Assembly: GCA_030141605.1 (NCBI GenBank)
Contig: JAQGDQ010000263.1
Coordinates: forward strand, 116,502 to 180,501
From: Tubiluchus corallicola
Lineage: Eukaryota > Animalia > Priapulida
DNA length: 64,000 nucleotides
Direction: 5' to 3'
Position 1 is the stretch's first letter. Every line of letters begins with the position of its first letter. Positions 47,762-61,495 of this stretch are shown piece after piece. Below the pieces are notes generated by a model. The model was not told the origin of the DNA and ran no database searches. It saw nothing but the letters and a program-made list of their open reading frames with translations. The translations under genes were made by a program, and so were the position numbers.

Positions 47762-48137
47762 TTGATGATGGTGATGATGATGATGATGATGGTGGTGGTA
47801 GTGGTGGTGGTGGTGGTGGTGGTGGTGGTGGTGGTAGTAGTAGTGATGATGATGATGATTATGATGGTGATGGTGGTGGTAGTAGTAGTGGTGGTGGTGG
47901 TGGTGGTGGTGGTACTGGTGGTGGTGGTAGTAGTAGTGGTGATGATGATGATTATGATGGCGATGGTGGTGGTAGTAGTAGTGGTGATGATGATTATGAT
48001 GGTGATGATGATGGTGGTGGTGGTGGTGGTAGTAGTGATGATGATGATGATTATGATGGTGATGGTGGTGGTAGTAGTAGTGATGATGATGATGATTGAT
48101 GGTGATGGTGGTAGTAGTGGTGATGATGATGATGACG
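47762..48137. repeat. (GGT/GAT/AGT)n compound triplet microsatellite
   Basis: Direct reading. Confidence 0.95.
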
Positions 48138-49937
48138 ACATCTAAAATTTGTAGATAATTAATCAAAAAAGACTATTCCAGCCCTAGGATTTGCATGGCG
48201 AGGATGCTGTCAGTCACAAACACACAAACTCAGTCACGTGTCCATTCCATTATTATCGTATTAACAAGTTAAGCACTGCAAACTTCGAGTAATAATTGTT
48301 GGGATTTCACCAAGGACATTCTCTATAGCATAACGTCTAATAAACTACGTGAAATTTATGAAATTTAAGTAAACCTTTAAGTCCATATCTATTGTCTCAG
48401 GGGTTATGGGTGTAGTCTCTACAGTTCTTATATAAGTTAACTGTTGCAACAAGCTATTATTATAGGGGCAGTTGACCTGATGACCGTATGGTCACTTCGC
48501 TGCCCCTTCTCCTATATATAATTTTTATTTTTCATTATAAAATTACAAAAAATGTTGTGTTTGTGTTTGTAAAATAAATTGAATTGAATTTTCGCGTATT
48601 TTAAAACAATAGAAGGATATATCCACCATTCGCAAGTTTAAAATTCGTACAGGTTTCACTGCCATGATTAGTTTCTTCCCTTGCGAAAAAGCAGAAATCG
48701 CTTTTCGAGAAACTCGCTAAACACAATCGCTGTTACAATAGGCCCGCCTTCGGAACTGACAACTTGGGCCTACGTACTGAACTGTTTTGTTTCTGGTTTT
48801 GCAAACACACAGCAACAAGGACACGTATTAAAAACAGCGACACTAATGACACAGCTTTATACAAAAACCAACAAAAGATTCAAATAATCCTCTACCGGTC
48901 TGTATGTACACAGATTCTTAATGGTAATTAGTGAAGAATGAAGATTAATTTATGAAGGATGTTTCACTAATGCTAATTAATTAGGAAATTGTACTGACTC
49001 AGAGATTTTAGCAAATGTTATCAATGTGTAATATAACTAAAGTTCAACTGTTCTGTTGTAGTATGGTCTGAGAATGCATAAGTAAAAAGAATTGAAACTA
49101 CTGAAATTGAAAATTTGTTTCAAAAAAGTGAATTACGTCACTTATATTCCTAAAAAGGGAAGAAAATTTGTCACTTGAGCGAATTTGTCGGAAAATGATC
49201 AACATCCGATGTGTGATTCAGAACTTCAAGGCCTCACAATGAAACAGTATACTGTTCTCTTCAAATTGCACCTGAACTAATGACAGGTAGTAAAGGTGTC
49301 ATCAATGTGTGTTCGTGCGCTACCCCGTTTGTATGGTAATCACGGTGAAAAAAGTCGCAGGTAGAGTAGGTGGGTGGGTGGATTAATTGATAACGCTTTC
49401 CTGGGCTTCCGACGGGAAGGGAGTAATTACAGACCTAAATACAAAACAATGGGTAAGCTATGTAGCCGCAAGAATGATAGTTTAGCCACTGTAAACTATG
49501 CCTAGTAGTAAATTTTCGCTAGGCGAATCTCCGTTTAACGTGTTCAAGTTTACTAATTGGGATTTGGTAACTCACACAAAAATGAGACTAGTAGTATTCG
49601 CTGTTGTATGTGAAGTAACAAACTAATCGAGGAAAGACTAAAGTAAGACCCAGTCGCCCCCCCCTGATGTTTCTGGAGGTTCTGTCACTACTAAACCTGA
49701 GATGTTACACATTATTTGTATCTAAAAACTGAGCTGAACTTCCTAAAGCCGAAATTCAGGTTTAACCCGAATAAGAGCGAGTGGCAGCCAACTCGAACGT
49801 AGAAGCTTTATCTTCTGGAAACACTGGAAAAAATCCTCTTTTTTGTGCGTGTTGAAAAAGTTTTTAACAGCGTTTGTAACAAAATACTCGAACAAGTGAG
49901 AAAAGAAGAGAGAGAGGAAATGTAAGAATGTTCTCAC

Positions 49938-49955
49938 CTCAGTGGTTAAACACAT
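49938..49955 (-). CDS. Candidate micro first exon MCLTTE
   Basis: ATG TGT TTA ACC ACT GAG|gtgaga: strong phase-0 donor; too short to verify from sequence alone. Confidence 0.35.
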
Positions 49956-50753
49956 TTGATGACAATGGTTTTACAGATTACGTAACAATTACATAGTAAA
50001 AACGATCAATAAAATGTAATAAATAAGAGAGTAAACAAACGAATAAATAAATAAATAAACAAAGGAATAATAAACAAAAATGTGATAGCTATACAATACT
50101 ACAGTTGCGAGACAATGTCGTGATCGAAAATTCATTCAACTTATTATGAAATTTTAATCATAATTAGCGAGCGGATTTTTGACTCTCAATTTTCCTAGTG
50201 AATTCAAGGAACTGGACTGAAACGGATTCGATGACGGATCTACTACCCAGTTCCCAACTGTAAAAACTGTTCGAAGGATTTTTCACTTTCCCCAAAACCA
50301 GCGCCTGGAATGGTGACTTCAAAAAAAAAGGAGGGAAAGGAAAGTTTGCAATGTTTGCTTATTTCAAGACTGCATTAGTTCTGCATGTCTGGGTTGTCTA
50401 CAGAAAGAGATTATTACATTCAACGCCTCTTCGGGACCGGTTTTTGAACATTTCTTCTTAACTAATCTCTTGTTTATTTTATTTATGCCTTCAGCTCTGC
50501 TGTGTCCCCTCCTGCGCGTGCAATATTACAAGTTGGTTAAGCATTTCTTGTTTGTAGATAAAATTAGAGCTGACAGATTCTTGAAGAATAAAAGAAGCAC
50601 AAAAAAGTGTCAAGGCCAAAGACTAAGTTGCGTTTGTTAGTTTAATAAAATTATGAAGGTATAAATGCAGTCGGAAAATTCACTCCATTAAGTTTTTACT
50701 CAAGAACGAAATCTGCTCCCCATTTCTTGTTCCCGAGTGCGAGACAGCACCAT

Positions 50754-51367
50754 GGCACCATGTGGCACCATTAACAGCAAACATTGTTGCACCATTAACA
50801 GCAAACATTGTTGCACCATTAACCGCAAACACTGTTGCACCATTAACCGCAAACACTGTTGCACCATTAACAGCAAACACTGTGGCACCATTAACAGCAA
50901 ACACTGTGGCACCATTAACAGAAAACACTGCGGCACCATTAACAGCAAACACTGTCGCACCATTAACAGCAAACATTGTTGCACCATTAACAGCAAACAC
51001 TGTGGCACCATTAACAGCAAACACTGTGGCACCATTAACAGCAAACACTGTTGCACCATTAACAGCAAACACTGTTGCACCATTAACAGCAAACACTGTG
51101 GCACCATTAACAGCAAACACTGTGGCACCATTAACAGCAAACACTGTTGCACCATTAACAGCAAACACTGTTGCACCATTAACAGCAAACACTGTTGCAC
51201 CATTAACAGCAAACACTGTTGCACCATTAACAGCAAACACTGTGGCACCATTAACAGCAAACACTGTGGCACCATTAACAGCAAACACTGCTGCACCATT
51301 AACAGCAAACACTGTGGCACCATTAACAGCAAACACTGCTGCACCATTAACAGCAAACACTGTTGCA
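50754..51367. repeat. 24-bp tandem array (~25 copies)
   Basis: gcaccattaacagcaaacactgt(t/g). Confidence 0.97.
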
Positions 51368-52317
51368 TTTCAATTCCTAGTAGCAATGTAATCATCATAA
51401 AAAACTAAAACTGGTTTACAATTTTTCTTTCAATTACGATCTATTCAGTTGGACACCAGCATGAGAGAGACTTGCAGAATCACGCAATTGCTTTGTGAAT
51501 AGTAGGTATTCTAAGCTGGTACACAGCTCATTTTGGCATTTGGAGACAACCCACAGTTTTCAACAGTCGTAATTATATGCTACTGATCACGTTTTTTCTG
51601 CTGTAGAGGCATCTGTGAGAGCATCTAATAAAATCGTGAGAAAACTGTGCAGAATTGTTGAACCACGTGACGCTGGTCTATTCACTAAACCCTACAAATG
51701 ATCATCATCGTCGTCAGCGGCAGCAGAAGCAACGACAACAACAGAGGCAGCAGGAGCAACAACAGCAGCTGCAGCACAAAAAGATGGAAAAGAAACAGCA
51801 GCAACGCCACAAGTAGCAACAACGACATCAGCAGCAATTATCGAGTCGTTTTTTAATTTTACGACAGAAGAACTAGCTGAGTGACTACCGAAATTAAGCA
51901 ACAATGAAACTGACCAACAAATGAATAGGTGACCGGCAGGAATACTGTTTTTTGGCGGTTTCATCTGTCATACTTCTTCTGGCCATCCGTCTCATTGAGC
52001 GAGGGGTGTTGTTAGAGAAAAAGTCTTTAGATCTCTCAAAGCACTATGTTTGGTAAAAAGAAAGATCCCAGTCGCTCCACAACCATAAACATTAAGTGGT
52101 CCTACCAAATACGTACAATAAGCACGCGGAATGCACATTACGTATAACAATATTTGTGACGTGTAAATAACCAGGCAGTTTAAATAAAGTATGATTCGGA
52201 GTCCAGATTATTATGCAAAATTTCACCGGAATGCTCTCTCGATGTTTTTTACGAAAATGAAGCTTCTTAATGAGAGAAATGAAGACAACTAAAATAAAAA
52301 TAGCAGCCATCACCCAC

Positions 52318-52676
52318 TTAAAAGAAAACCGGACGATTGTTTAGACTCAATCTCATTTTAATATACTGTCCAGAATATACACTTTCTTGCCTATAAAGCT
52401 TAACAATTGTTCCTTATATTTGGATAATTAGCTTAGAAAGTTAATTAACGGCAACCGAACACAGCTATTGCTTACGTCAGAAACTAACCACAGTTTGTGC
52501 AATGGCAGGCATCTTCCCTTGCGCATCAAGCACGTTTGCATAAGTGTTACAGTACTGTTTAAAGGCGTGATGTCACGAAAATGGGCTTTACAACATATGA
52601 CGTTAGAAACTAACACTGCAGTTCATGATCATGCTTATCACTATACCGCCTTCGATTTGTCGGGCACGCGAATGTT
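52318..52676. mobile_element. MITE family A copy (truncated)
   Basis: Starts ttaaaagaaaaccggacgattgtttagac; collinear with the other two copies to ...gcgaatgt. Confidence 0.85.
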
Positions 52677-53444
52677 TGTTTAAGTGGACGCTGGTCGCTA
52701 TTTTCATTTTAAGAATTCGTTTATCACAAATCAGTTTCTCATGAGAATAGCTACTAAAATTTTGCAATAAAAATAGAATTATTTTCATTTTATTAAAATA
52801 CGTACTGACTAGTGACTACCGCCAATAATTATTGAGATTTTGCGTTGTACAGGTAATATTAACACTCAAAAGCAAGCTGGGAAGATCATTGTATATAGGA
52901 TACAAATTTTTATATAACATAACAAAACAACCAAGTGACCCTGGTTCCGAACAGCTTTTCAATTTTGAATCTATATTTAATATAAAATGACATAGGCGTA
53001 ATAAATCACTTGTATTAATTTAAGTCAAGGGTAATCCGTGAAAAGCTTAATTGTGAACAGGTAGTGAAGACACAGACAGACAGACAAGCGGATATTTACT
53101 TCTCTTACATGCATGAAACGAATCAACTTGACTAAACCTCTATAAAGGCTACGGGCACAATTAGCGGCCCCTTTCCTTGATCCATTAAGAATAATTATCA
53201 ACTTCGGCCCGCCAAAGCAGCAGATAATTTTGTCATCTTCACAAATAGACACCTTTCCTTCTTGTCTGTTGCTACCTTGAAATTGAAGCAAAAGTACACA
53301 CAGTTTCCACAGAAGAGTGATACAGATACAGTGTTTTGCTGGTCCCGTGTTAAGAAAGATAATTATCATGGATTAAGGCTACCCGAGCTTCAGAATAAAA
53401 GCCTGCGTCTGACCTCTACTTGAAACATGAAAAGGTAATCTCAC

Positions 53445-53474
53445 CTTCCATATGTGCAAAAATTGACGAAGCAT
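53445..53474 (-). CDS. Candidate micro first exon MLRQFLHIWK
   Basis: ATG CTT CGT CAA TTT TTG CAC ATA TGG AAG|gtgaga: strong phase-0 donor. Confidence 0.35.
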
Positions 53475-54439
53475 AATTTGACCCTGCGCGCCCCCTGTAG
53501 GCATATCGTCTAATGGGCAGCGACCCTAAAAACCCATTTTAGTTGAATCCTTGTTTGATCTACTCAACGTCAACGAAAGTGTGGTAAGGATAATTACAAT
53601 GATTAAAAGAACATTGAGGTACAGCAAAGGATTCCATGGATTTCACCTAAAAAAACTTCAGGGTGGTTTTCTAGTGGAACGAGTTTTGAAGTGTTCTCAT
53701 CGCGCACCACCCGCTGTGGGTCGGTGGGGTTTTGTGGAGGAAAATATCGGTCACGTGATTAGCTATTATGAATTTGAAAATTTATAGTTTACACTTTCAA
53801 AGAAAAATGTCCATCAATAAGAAATATTGTCAAGGTCGCAGGTATTTTACTGTTATCTTAAACTGAATTTATTTCATTAATATTTATTTCTTTATTAAGC
53901 GGCTACCACAAGGGTTTTATTAAGATATGTTAACGAAATTTTAAAGTTAAGCAAATTTTTATGTTTACGACAAAACATTACTTGAAAACAGGGACTAAAC
54001 CGACGAGACAGGACTCAGTGGAGGCTGCTAAAATTCCAAGATCGGTGCCCACGACTTCAGCGCCCACAACCCTAGTACTTGTCCGGCACCTCAACACCCT
54101 CAGTAACAAGATGCCCTCTCGTGCATGCAATGTAGATGCAGCGACGATGTTTTGAACATCAGGAAAATCAACAACAAGCGGCCATAACAAAGTGAAAATT
54201 AGTAAATAAACAGGAAAAGCAGTTCTCTATGCCACTGACAGGGCATTGACAGTACGGGAAATCTTTTAATCACTTTCAATTGCCCACTGACAGTGCATAT
54301 ACAAACGCTCTTCAAATACGATGGACGGCTATATTAACAAGTGCTGGGTTATTCAACAGGGCTAGATAATCACGAATTTGACTACTAATTCACAAACAAA
54401 AATTGATCGTCCTCAGCAGAAATAAATTGACAATTTTCG

Positions 54440-55070
54440 CACACAATCAAATATCATTCTCTGAAGTGGGAAACCTAGACAGGCTTTCAACAAATTTGGC
54501 TTTCAAGATTACAAAACGTTCAGTAACACCTCACGTTTTAGCATTCTACATACAGCTACCCTAACATTACTAGACATGTTGCATCATGCGGCAAGGCACT
54601 TCATCACTAACACTGGCCCTAGACTTTGGAATAACATAAACGAAAACATAAAAAATTCTTTATCTATAAATAACTTCAAAGTAAATTTTAAAAATGAAAT
54701 CTTTTCTAATTATACAGACTAAATCAATTTGATTAATTACACTGCTGTCCCTGTCGGAATCCATTGTGTTGCTGGCTATGTCAATTTTTACATTTCTATA
54801 GTTCATGTTACTTCATACAGATACCATCACACCTTTCTTCTTCTTTCTATTTTTCTATTAACCTTTCTTTTACTCCTTTACTGCTCTTTTCTATTACACT
54901 CAGTCCACATTCATTTGGGGTGCTCTAAACAAGTAAATACTTCTTGAGTACCCCACGGGTCATTTGCGGCTTGGCATCTTGTGCACATAATAATAAATAT
55001 GTTACTAAATACTTTTATGTACAATGCTGTAATGATCATTGTGGATATATTTAATAAAAAAATAAATTGT
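54440..55070 (+). mobile_element. CR1/L2/Crack-group LINE 3' remnant
   Basis: FITNTGPRLWNNINENIKNSLSINNFKVNFKNEIF matches the ORF2 C-terminus GP.LWN.L...IK...S...FK..LK; 3' hairpin ggggtgctc...gagtacccc and A-rich end. Confidence 0.7.
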
Positions 55071-55379
55071 ATAAGTTTGTGGTATCACCGTCAGCATCAT
55101 CATGCATCAGCTTCACAGTCGTCACGATCATTTGTTTCTTTTCACTCTTCTTCGTCATTTTCACCATCATCATCACCGTCAGCATCGCCATGCATCAGCT
55201 TCGCGGTCGTCACGATCATTTGTTTCTTTTCACTCTTCTTCATCATTTTCATCATCATCATTACCGGCAGCAGAAAAATGAGAACGATTTGCTTTTCAAC
55301 GGTCTACATTTCGAAATGTAAGTTCCCAGTAAAAATTGACGTGAATTAGTTTGACAAGCTCTTCAAGTATTCAAACTCC

Positions 55380-55730
55380 ATTTGTGGAATAATTATGAGC
55401 AAAATTCACAAAACTGAGAATCAACTCTTATACGTTGTGTACTGAAAGAGCGAGGCACGTTAAACTAGGAAAAATCCCGGCTGAGAATCGTATCTGCTCA
55501 TATTGTTTCAGAAATGAAATCGAAGACGAATTGCACTTTGCTATAAAATGTCTATATTACATTGATCTTAGAGGAAAATCATATAATCACATCAATGCAA
55601 TTAAATCAGAATTTTTCCTTATGAGAGATGCTGATAAATTTTTATTCTTGATGGGAAGTAATGATTTAGATTATTGATTATTGATTGTTGGGCATTTATT
55701 GATTATGTTGAAAAAGCGTTTTAAAGACAT
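55380..55730 (+). mobile_element. LINE ORF2 C-terminal CCHC zinc-knuckle remnant
   Basis: KFTKLRINSYTLCTERARH...IPAENRICSYC..NEIEDELHFAIKC..Y..LR, typical of the K.R.S.H.L.IE.GR...R.C..C...EDE.HF...C motif of CR1/L2-group elements. Confidence 0.78.
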
Positions 55731-55902
55731 GATGAACAATATACTATATAATTATCATATCATTGAAAATGAGGCCTGATGAATGACGATTTATTTTGAA
55801 TACTAATCATTAAACTTTTCATTTAAATAACTAATATAACTAACAGGAAGATTTAATAACATTTGTTTGATGAGTAATTGTTTTGTTTGTATATAGTGTC
55901 AT

Positions 55903-56460
55903 TATATTTCAAAATTGAAATTGTATATATTCTTGTTTTTTTTTGTATATTTCAAAATTGAAATTGTATGTATATCTTGTTTTTTGTATATTTCAAAATT
56001 GAAATTGTATGTATATCTTGTTTTTTGTATATTTCAAAATTGAAATTGTATGTATATCTTGTTTTTTGTATATTTCAAAATTGAAATTGTATTTTTTGTT
56101 TTTTGTTTATTGAAATTGTATGTATATCTTGTTTTTTGTATATTTCAAAATTGAAATTGTATGTATATCTTGTTTTTTGTATATTTCAAAATTGAAATTG
56201 TATGTATATCTTGTTTTTTGTATATTTCAAAATTGAAATTGTATGTATATCTTATTTTTGTATATTTCAAAATTGAAATTGTATATATTCTTGTTTTTTT
56301 TGTATATTTCAAAATTGAAATTGTATGTATATCTTGTTTTTTGTATATTTCAAAATTGAAATTGTATGTATATCTTGTTTTTTGTATATTTCAAAATTGA
56401 AATTGTATATATGTCTTGTTTTTGCTATATTTCAAAATTGAAATTGCCTGTACGTCTTGT
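55903..56460. repeat. ~41-bp AT-rich tandem array (~13 copies)
   Basis: tatatttcaaaattgaaattgtatgtatatcttgttttttg. Confidence 0.95.
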
Positions 56461-58090
56461 ATGTATTTTTTGACACTAATAAATATCTAAAAATATTTAA
56501 GCAAAACCCACAATGGAACAGAATGTGTTAAAATGTGCCTGTAAACTCGTCTAATTTACTTTCACTCAACTTCTCTGAGAGGGTGCTTTACATTATACGT
56601 AACCGCCTACAATTCATTAATTATACAACAGTCCTACAGTAGCCTTCTGCTGTACGCTAACCAACATATCAATCAAAATTCTTAAATAACAGACGCGAAG
56701 AGCACAGAATACTAATTACGGAAGGACACTAAGAAATGCCTACAATGCAATGTCAACTATGACCACAGTTAATTTCCCTTCACTGTGTATCAGAGGCCAT
56801 AGATACAGGTACTATATCACCTTGCCAGAAGCTATTTATTAGTATATAGGATGACAACTTGCATGACCCAATTCAGATACCTATGCGCGCGCAGAAAACA
56901 TTATATACATGTAAATGTTTTTAAAATTCCTTGGCATAATTTATTACACTTGCATAAAATAATTGGCAGGGAAACATTAATACTTACAAATTCGAAATCT
57001 ATTTTAAGTTCGCAATCGGTTCTTTTGGTTGTGGAACAGGTCTAAGCTAATTAGTAGCATGTATATCAACGGAGGGTTTAGACTAATCAAGTGGATTAAT
57101 TACACAGTCAACTAAGTTCAATTGTCAACTAGGCTGACGACCCAAGAACATGCAATTATTCAAATTCCATAATGTGCAAACGGGGGCTAATTGTAAAAAC
57201 TAAAAACAAGAAATCACACAAATAAATTTAGAATGCATCACACGCAGTAAGCAATATACAGTACCAGGATGTAGGCACATTTGGTCCACGCAGAACATTG
57301 CAATGTGCCTCCGGGATTAATAAGGAGCGGACTGAATGCTTAACAAAGAAGAAAATGCCGTTCAAAGAAGAAGACAGTTTATGTCCCGAAGCGAATACCT
57401 TCGATTATACGACGTGGCTTATAAATTCTAAGTGTAGAAGAAAAAGAAGAGTGCGAGAATTGTAAACATGCGCATAATGTCACCTTGCAAAACAAGAATA
57501 AGTTTATTTCAATAAGAAAAAGGCACGTACAAAAAATGTTAGCTGAGCCTTCTTGTCATATGACAGTGTATACGACAGTTACTATGAGACAGTGAGGCAG
57601 TTGGGGACGTGTTCCTGTATGAGTTGTTTATTTAAGTGGGTGATTTGTTAATTGTACTTGTGTTTATGTTTGTAAAATAATTATTTTATAAGCATTTTAT
57701 TATTATTATTATTATTACAATTGCATATTTAAATGAATTTATAAAAAAATAAAAATAAAATACTTGTTTGACAATGAAACTCGGTAGATTTTCTTTTCTA
57801 TTGTAAAAACTTTGTAAATAGTTTTGTTTACATTATGTGGGGTTAACTATTAGGTTAAGTTGACTTGAGTTGAGCAGCTTGAGGTGAGGTAAGTTGAGTT
57901 GTTTTGAAGTATGAAAGTAGCGTCATCAAAGTGGACGAGTAAAAGAGATGCGAGAGAAAGAAAGGTGGAAAAGGAAATGAGGCGAAACTTGGAAGAAAGA
58001 GAGATGTTGAGAAGGAGGGAAACAAACAGGGGACATTTCTAACAATCCCCATCCTGCTGTAAAAAAAACATGGCTACAAAAATGTGGTAC

Positions 58091-58417
58091 CTCAGTCTCA
58101 GGACTTCCTTCCGCCTCAGAGACTTCCTCTTTCACGTGATTCAGGTCGTCCTTCCGGTTCAGGGATAGCGACCGGATGCGATTGTCTTCTCCCTGTTCCC
58201 AATCATTCCCGGTCTCGTCGATGAACCTTCCTAGTGATCGCGATCGCAGCGCCCTCTCTTTTCTGCTCATTTCATGTCGTCTCCTGTGCCGCGAGCGTCC
58301 CGGTGAAATCGTGTTTCTGAGACCAAACTTTGCCTTAGTTTTCGGCGAGGTTACAGGACTTGTGGACGGAGACGTGGGGGAACTTTTATTGCCTAATTTC
58401 TGAATTATCCCCAACAT
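58091..58417 (-). CDS. Probable alternative first coding exon of the ARHGAP20-like gene (109 aa, Ser/Pro/basic)
   Basis: ACC ATG Kozak-like start; MLGIIQKLGNKSSPTSPSTSP...RSRSLGRF...EGSPETE; GAG|gtacca phase-0 donor followed by pyrimidine-rich intron-like sequence; GC-richer than flanks. Confidence 0.72.
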
Positions 58418-59766
58418 GGTGAGACAATGTTAACCACGTTTTATAAAATCCAGTACTAATACGATGCACATGGTTTATCCTCCAAACGTAGAATCTACGT
58501 GGAAAACTGAGAGAAATTTGAGAAACGTGATAATAATTGCACTCCTACCAGTGTTTTAGTTATATAACTGTGTACGTAGCGGTATATGTGCGCTCAGAAC
58601 GCCTCCACACTGCCCTAGTTCACCACATTGTCATTGTCTAAACCTACACAAAACACCCACCAGTCCACACAGCTTCAAAAATTCCATTCACAAAATTGCA
58701 CTCGTTGGCCTAAATTCTAGCAATTGTAGATGTTCAAATTAACGAACTGCTGTTTTTTTCCGCGTGAGAATTGTCAAAAATTCTTTTTTCCAGAGCACAT
58801 CACTCGTAAAGTGATTTTCAAGTGCTTCTGTCCATTCTGCTTACGTTATGGTGCTGAAAACTTCGACAGTCCAACGTAGCGAATTTGCCAGAACAGATAT
58901 TCCACGCGCACTTATGTCCGAAAATGTACAAAGAATAAGAAGATCTGATGATAAAAGCACTATAGCATGCTGGCAGCAGGTGTACAGTAGTGCCAGTGGC
59001 TCTTTGATGATAACGTCACAGAAGGCATAAACAACAACAACTAATAGCAGATGTAGCAGACCAACGTCACAGAAGGCATAAACAACAACAACTAATAGCA
59101 GATGTACCACAGAGCGCCCGGAACAAAGTGACAATGCAATCCCCGATGATAAATTAACAAACATAAAAGAAATCCTAGAAAAACCCCTTTCACTGATAAC
59201 GCTGCAGCACTCGTCTGACTTGCAACTGGTAGGCGACCCATCAGCGCTGGACGCTTCGATGATTTTCTGCTTGACTCGCCTCATGGCAACATTCCAACAA
59301 ACGAACTCAGTAATACGTCTTGTTTGAGAGTTTGCGTCAGTTCTGATGAATGCACCGCCTACGGGCATTTTTGACAAGTCCATCGGGAGGCCTCACTGGC
59401 TCTGCTTCTTTCAAAGTTTAACAAGAGTGACTGTAACCGCTATTGAAACTTCATTGGTAAGATCATACTAAGATGTAAGATGTTGTTTAAAATATGCAAA
59501 TTGCAGCATATAGATCGAAGAAGTACCTGCTAAGTGCATTTTGATAATGGAAACGAAATCATTTATAACAATTATTATATCTTCTACATAACAATATCTG
59601 TAAGTTGTATGCTTATTGTTTGCAGTCTTTTTCATTCGTTTCCTTGGTTGAAGCTTTGCTGATATTTGATTCGTCAATTATTTGGTTTGTTATTACGTTT
59701 GGCTTGTTTGTTTGTCCAATTGTTCATTGTCTGATGGCTTGTTGTTAGGTTTATTTATTTACCTCT

Positions 59767-59784
59767 TTTCTATTTCTTTTTTCT

Positions 59785-59862
<78 letters not shown>

Positions 59863-60069
59863 TTTCTTCCTTTCTTCCTTTCTTCCTTTCTTCCTTTCTT
59901 CCTTTCTTGCTTTCTTGCTTTCTTGCTTTCTTGCTTTCTTGCTTTCTTGCTTTCTTGCTTTCTTGCTTTCTTGCTTTCTTGCTTTCTTGCTTTCTTGCTT
60001 TCTTGCTTTCTTGCTTTCTTGCTTTCTTCCTTTCTTCCTTTCTTCCTTCCTTCCTTCCTTCCTTCCTTC

Positions 60070-60145
<76 letters not shown>

Positions 60146-60150
60146 TTCCT
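59767..60150. repeat. (TTTC)n/(TTCTTGCT)n/(TTCC)n compound pyrimidine microsatellite
   Basis: Direct reading. Confidence 0.96.
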
Positions 60151-61495
60151 TTCTTTGTTTTTCGTTCTTTCTTTTCTTCCGTCTTTCTTCTTTCTTACTT
60201 TCTTTCATACTTCTTTTTGTTTTCCCTCTCTTCTTGCTTTATTTCTTTCTTTCGTAGTTGCTTGCTTGCTTGCTGAGGTGAGTACCATGTCGGTCAATCG
60301 GTTGAGATTATGGATATAATATGCAACTACGAACTACGATATGAAAAAGTGAGAACTAGGGATTTCTAGTTAAGCACAGACGTTTAGGAACAAAACCAAC
60401 CAAAAAAAGACAACAGTAACCTGCTGGCTATGCTAAAATTACTGGTAACCAACAACAACTGTAATCAAGCTGTCGTTTAAACTTTGCCAGCAGAAAAACT
60501 GTTCCAACTTTAAATGTCTTCCTTCCTTATTCGAATTTTGCAAAAGATCAATTAGCACTTCATCACTGTCTACATTTGAGTCAACGACATGTACGCCAGA
60601 AGCTGAAATCTATACAGTTCCTAAAACGCTGGCCATTCGTTGGCTGAAAGACTAAATCTAAGTGACATTTAAGCGACATTTAGTGTCAACTACGAATACT
60701 CCAAAAAGCTTGCCTAAAGAAATTATGCAAAAATTTGTGTCAAAGTGCACTTTGGCTGTTGCATATCAAAAGCTAAGACCGTACCTCAAATCTAAGTTGA
60801 ATTCATCTGAGGGAAAATGCAGCACTAAATGCAATCACTCGAATGTCAACATTCTGATATAGATGAAAGTAGCTTAGCGAAAGTGGTTAAACATTACTTC
60901 TCCTATATTACCCAACAGCAGTAAACACCATCCTAATTTGAATATCATTATTTGCGAATAGACTAGACGATATAGCCAATCAAAGAACACGTGGTCAAAC
61001 GACACACACCACGGACAATGCCACTGTCCTGCTGGATTGGATTACTGACGTAATTTAAAGAGCAGTGCACTTTGTGCACCTTGCGGCTACTGCAGATATA
61101 TGACAGCTTAAGTTGCTTAACTGAGATTGGCATCTTCTCTTGGGGTGGAAAACTTGTAAGGAGTTCAGTTCAGCTAGTTCACGTCCAGAAATGATATTAC
61201 AGTATATGACAAACTGGAATTTTCAAAAACAACAGGGCCCTAGAGCCAAAGAATTCAATTTACGACACAACATTCCTAAGTTAAAGGAAAGCGCTGAGTG
61301 GAAAATAGACATTGACAGCATCTTTTATTAAATTGCTTTTACGAATTGTTGATTAGTATGTAGTCATTCAAGTGTTAATAAGGGTAGTTACGTGTGGAAA
61401 TGATTAATTATCTGCTTCTTAATTAAGTCAGAAAGCATATTATTTAACACAAAGCATAGGTTGGACACGCATACATAGATTGTAAATTCTATACT

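Noticed and set aside
47674-48166. Poly-His/Thr/Val ORFs
   Set aside because: Translations of a triplet microsatellite.
50680-51408. Four overlapping 209-232 aa ORFs (FAVNGATV, APLTANTV, TINSKHCC repeats) as antifreeze or metal-binding proteins
   Set aside because: 24-bp minisatellite open in several frames on both strands; no splice context.
53990-54130. tRNA gene or tRNA-derived SINE head on the minus strand
   Set aside because: Only a vague B-box-like stretch; no cloverleaf could be drawn and no second copy was seen.
59682-60319. KERK-rich and FLS-rich ORFs
   Set aside because: Translations of (TTTC)n microsatellite; same for 39501-39963 (GA)n and 9689-10164.
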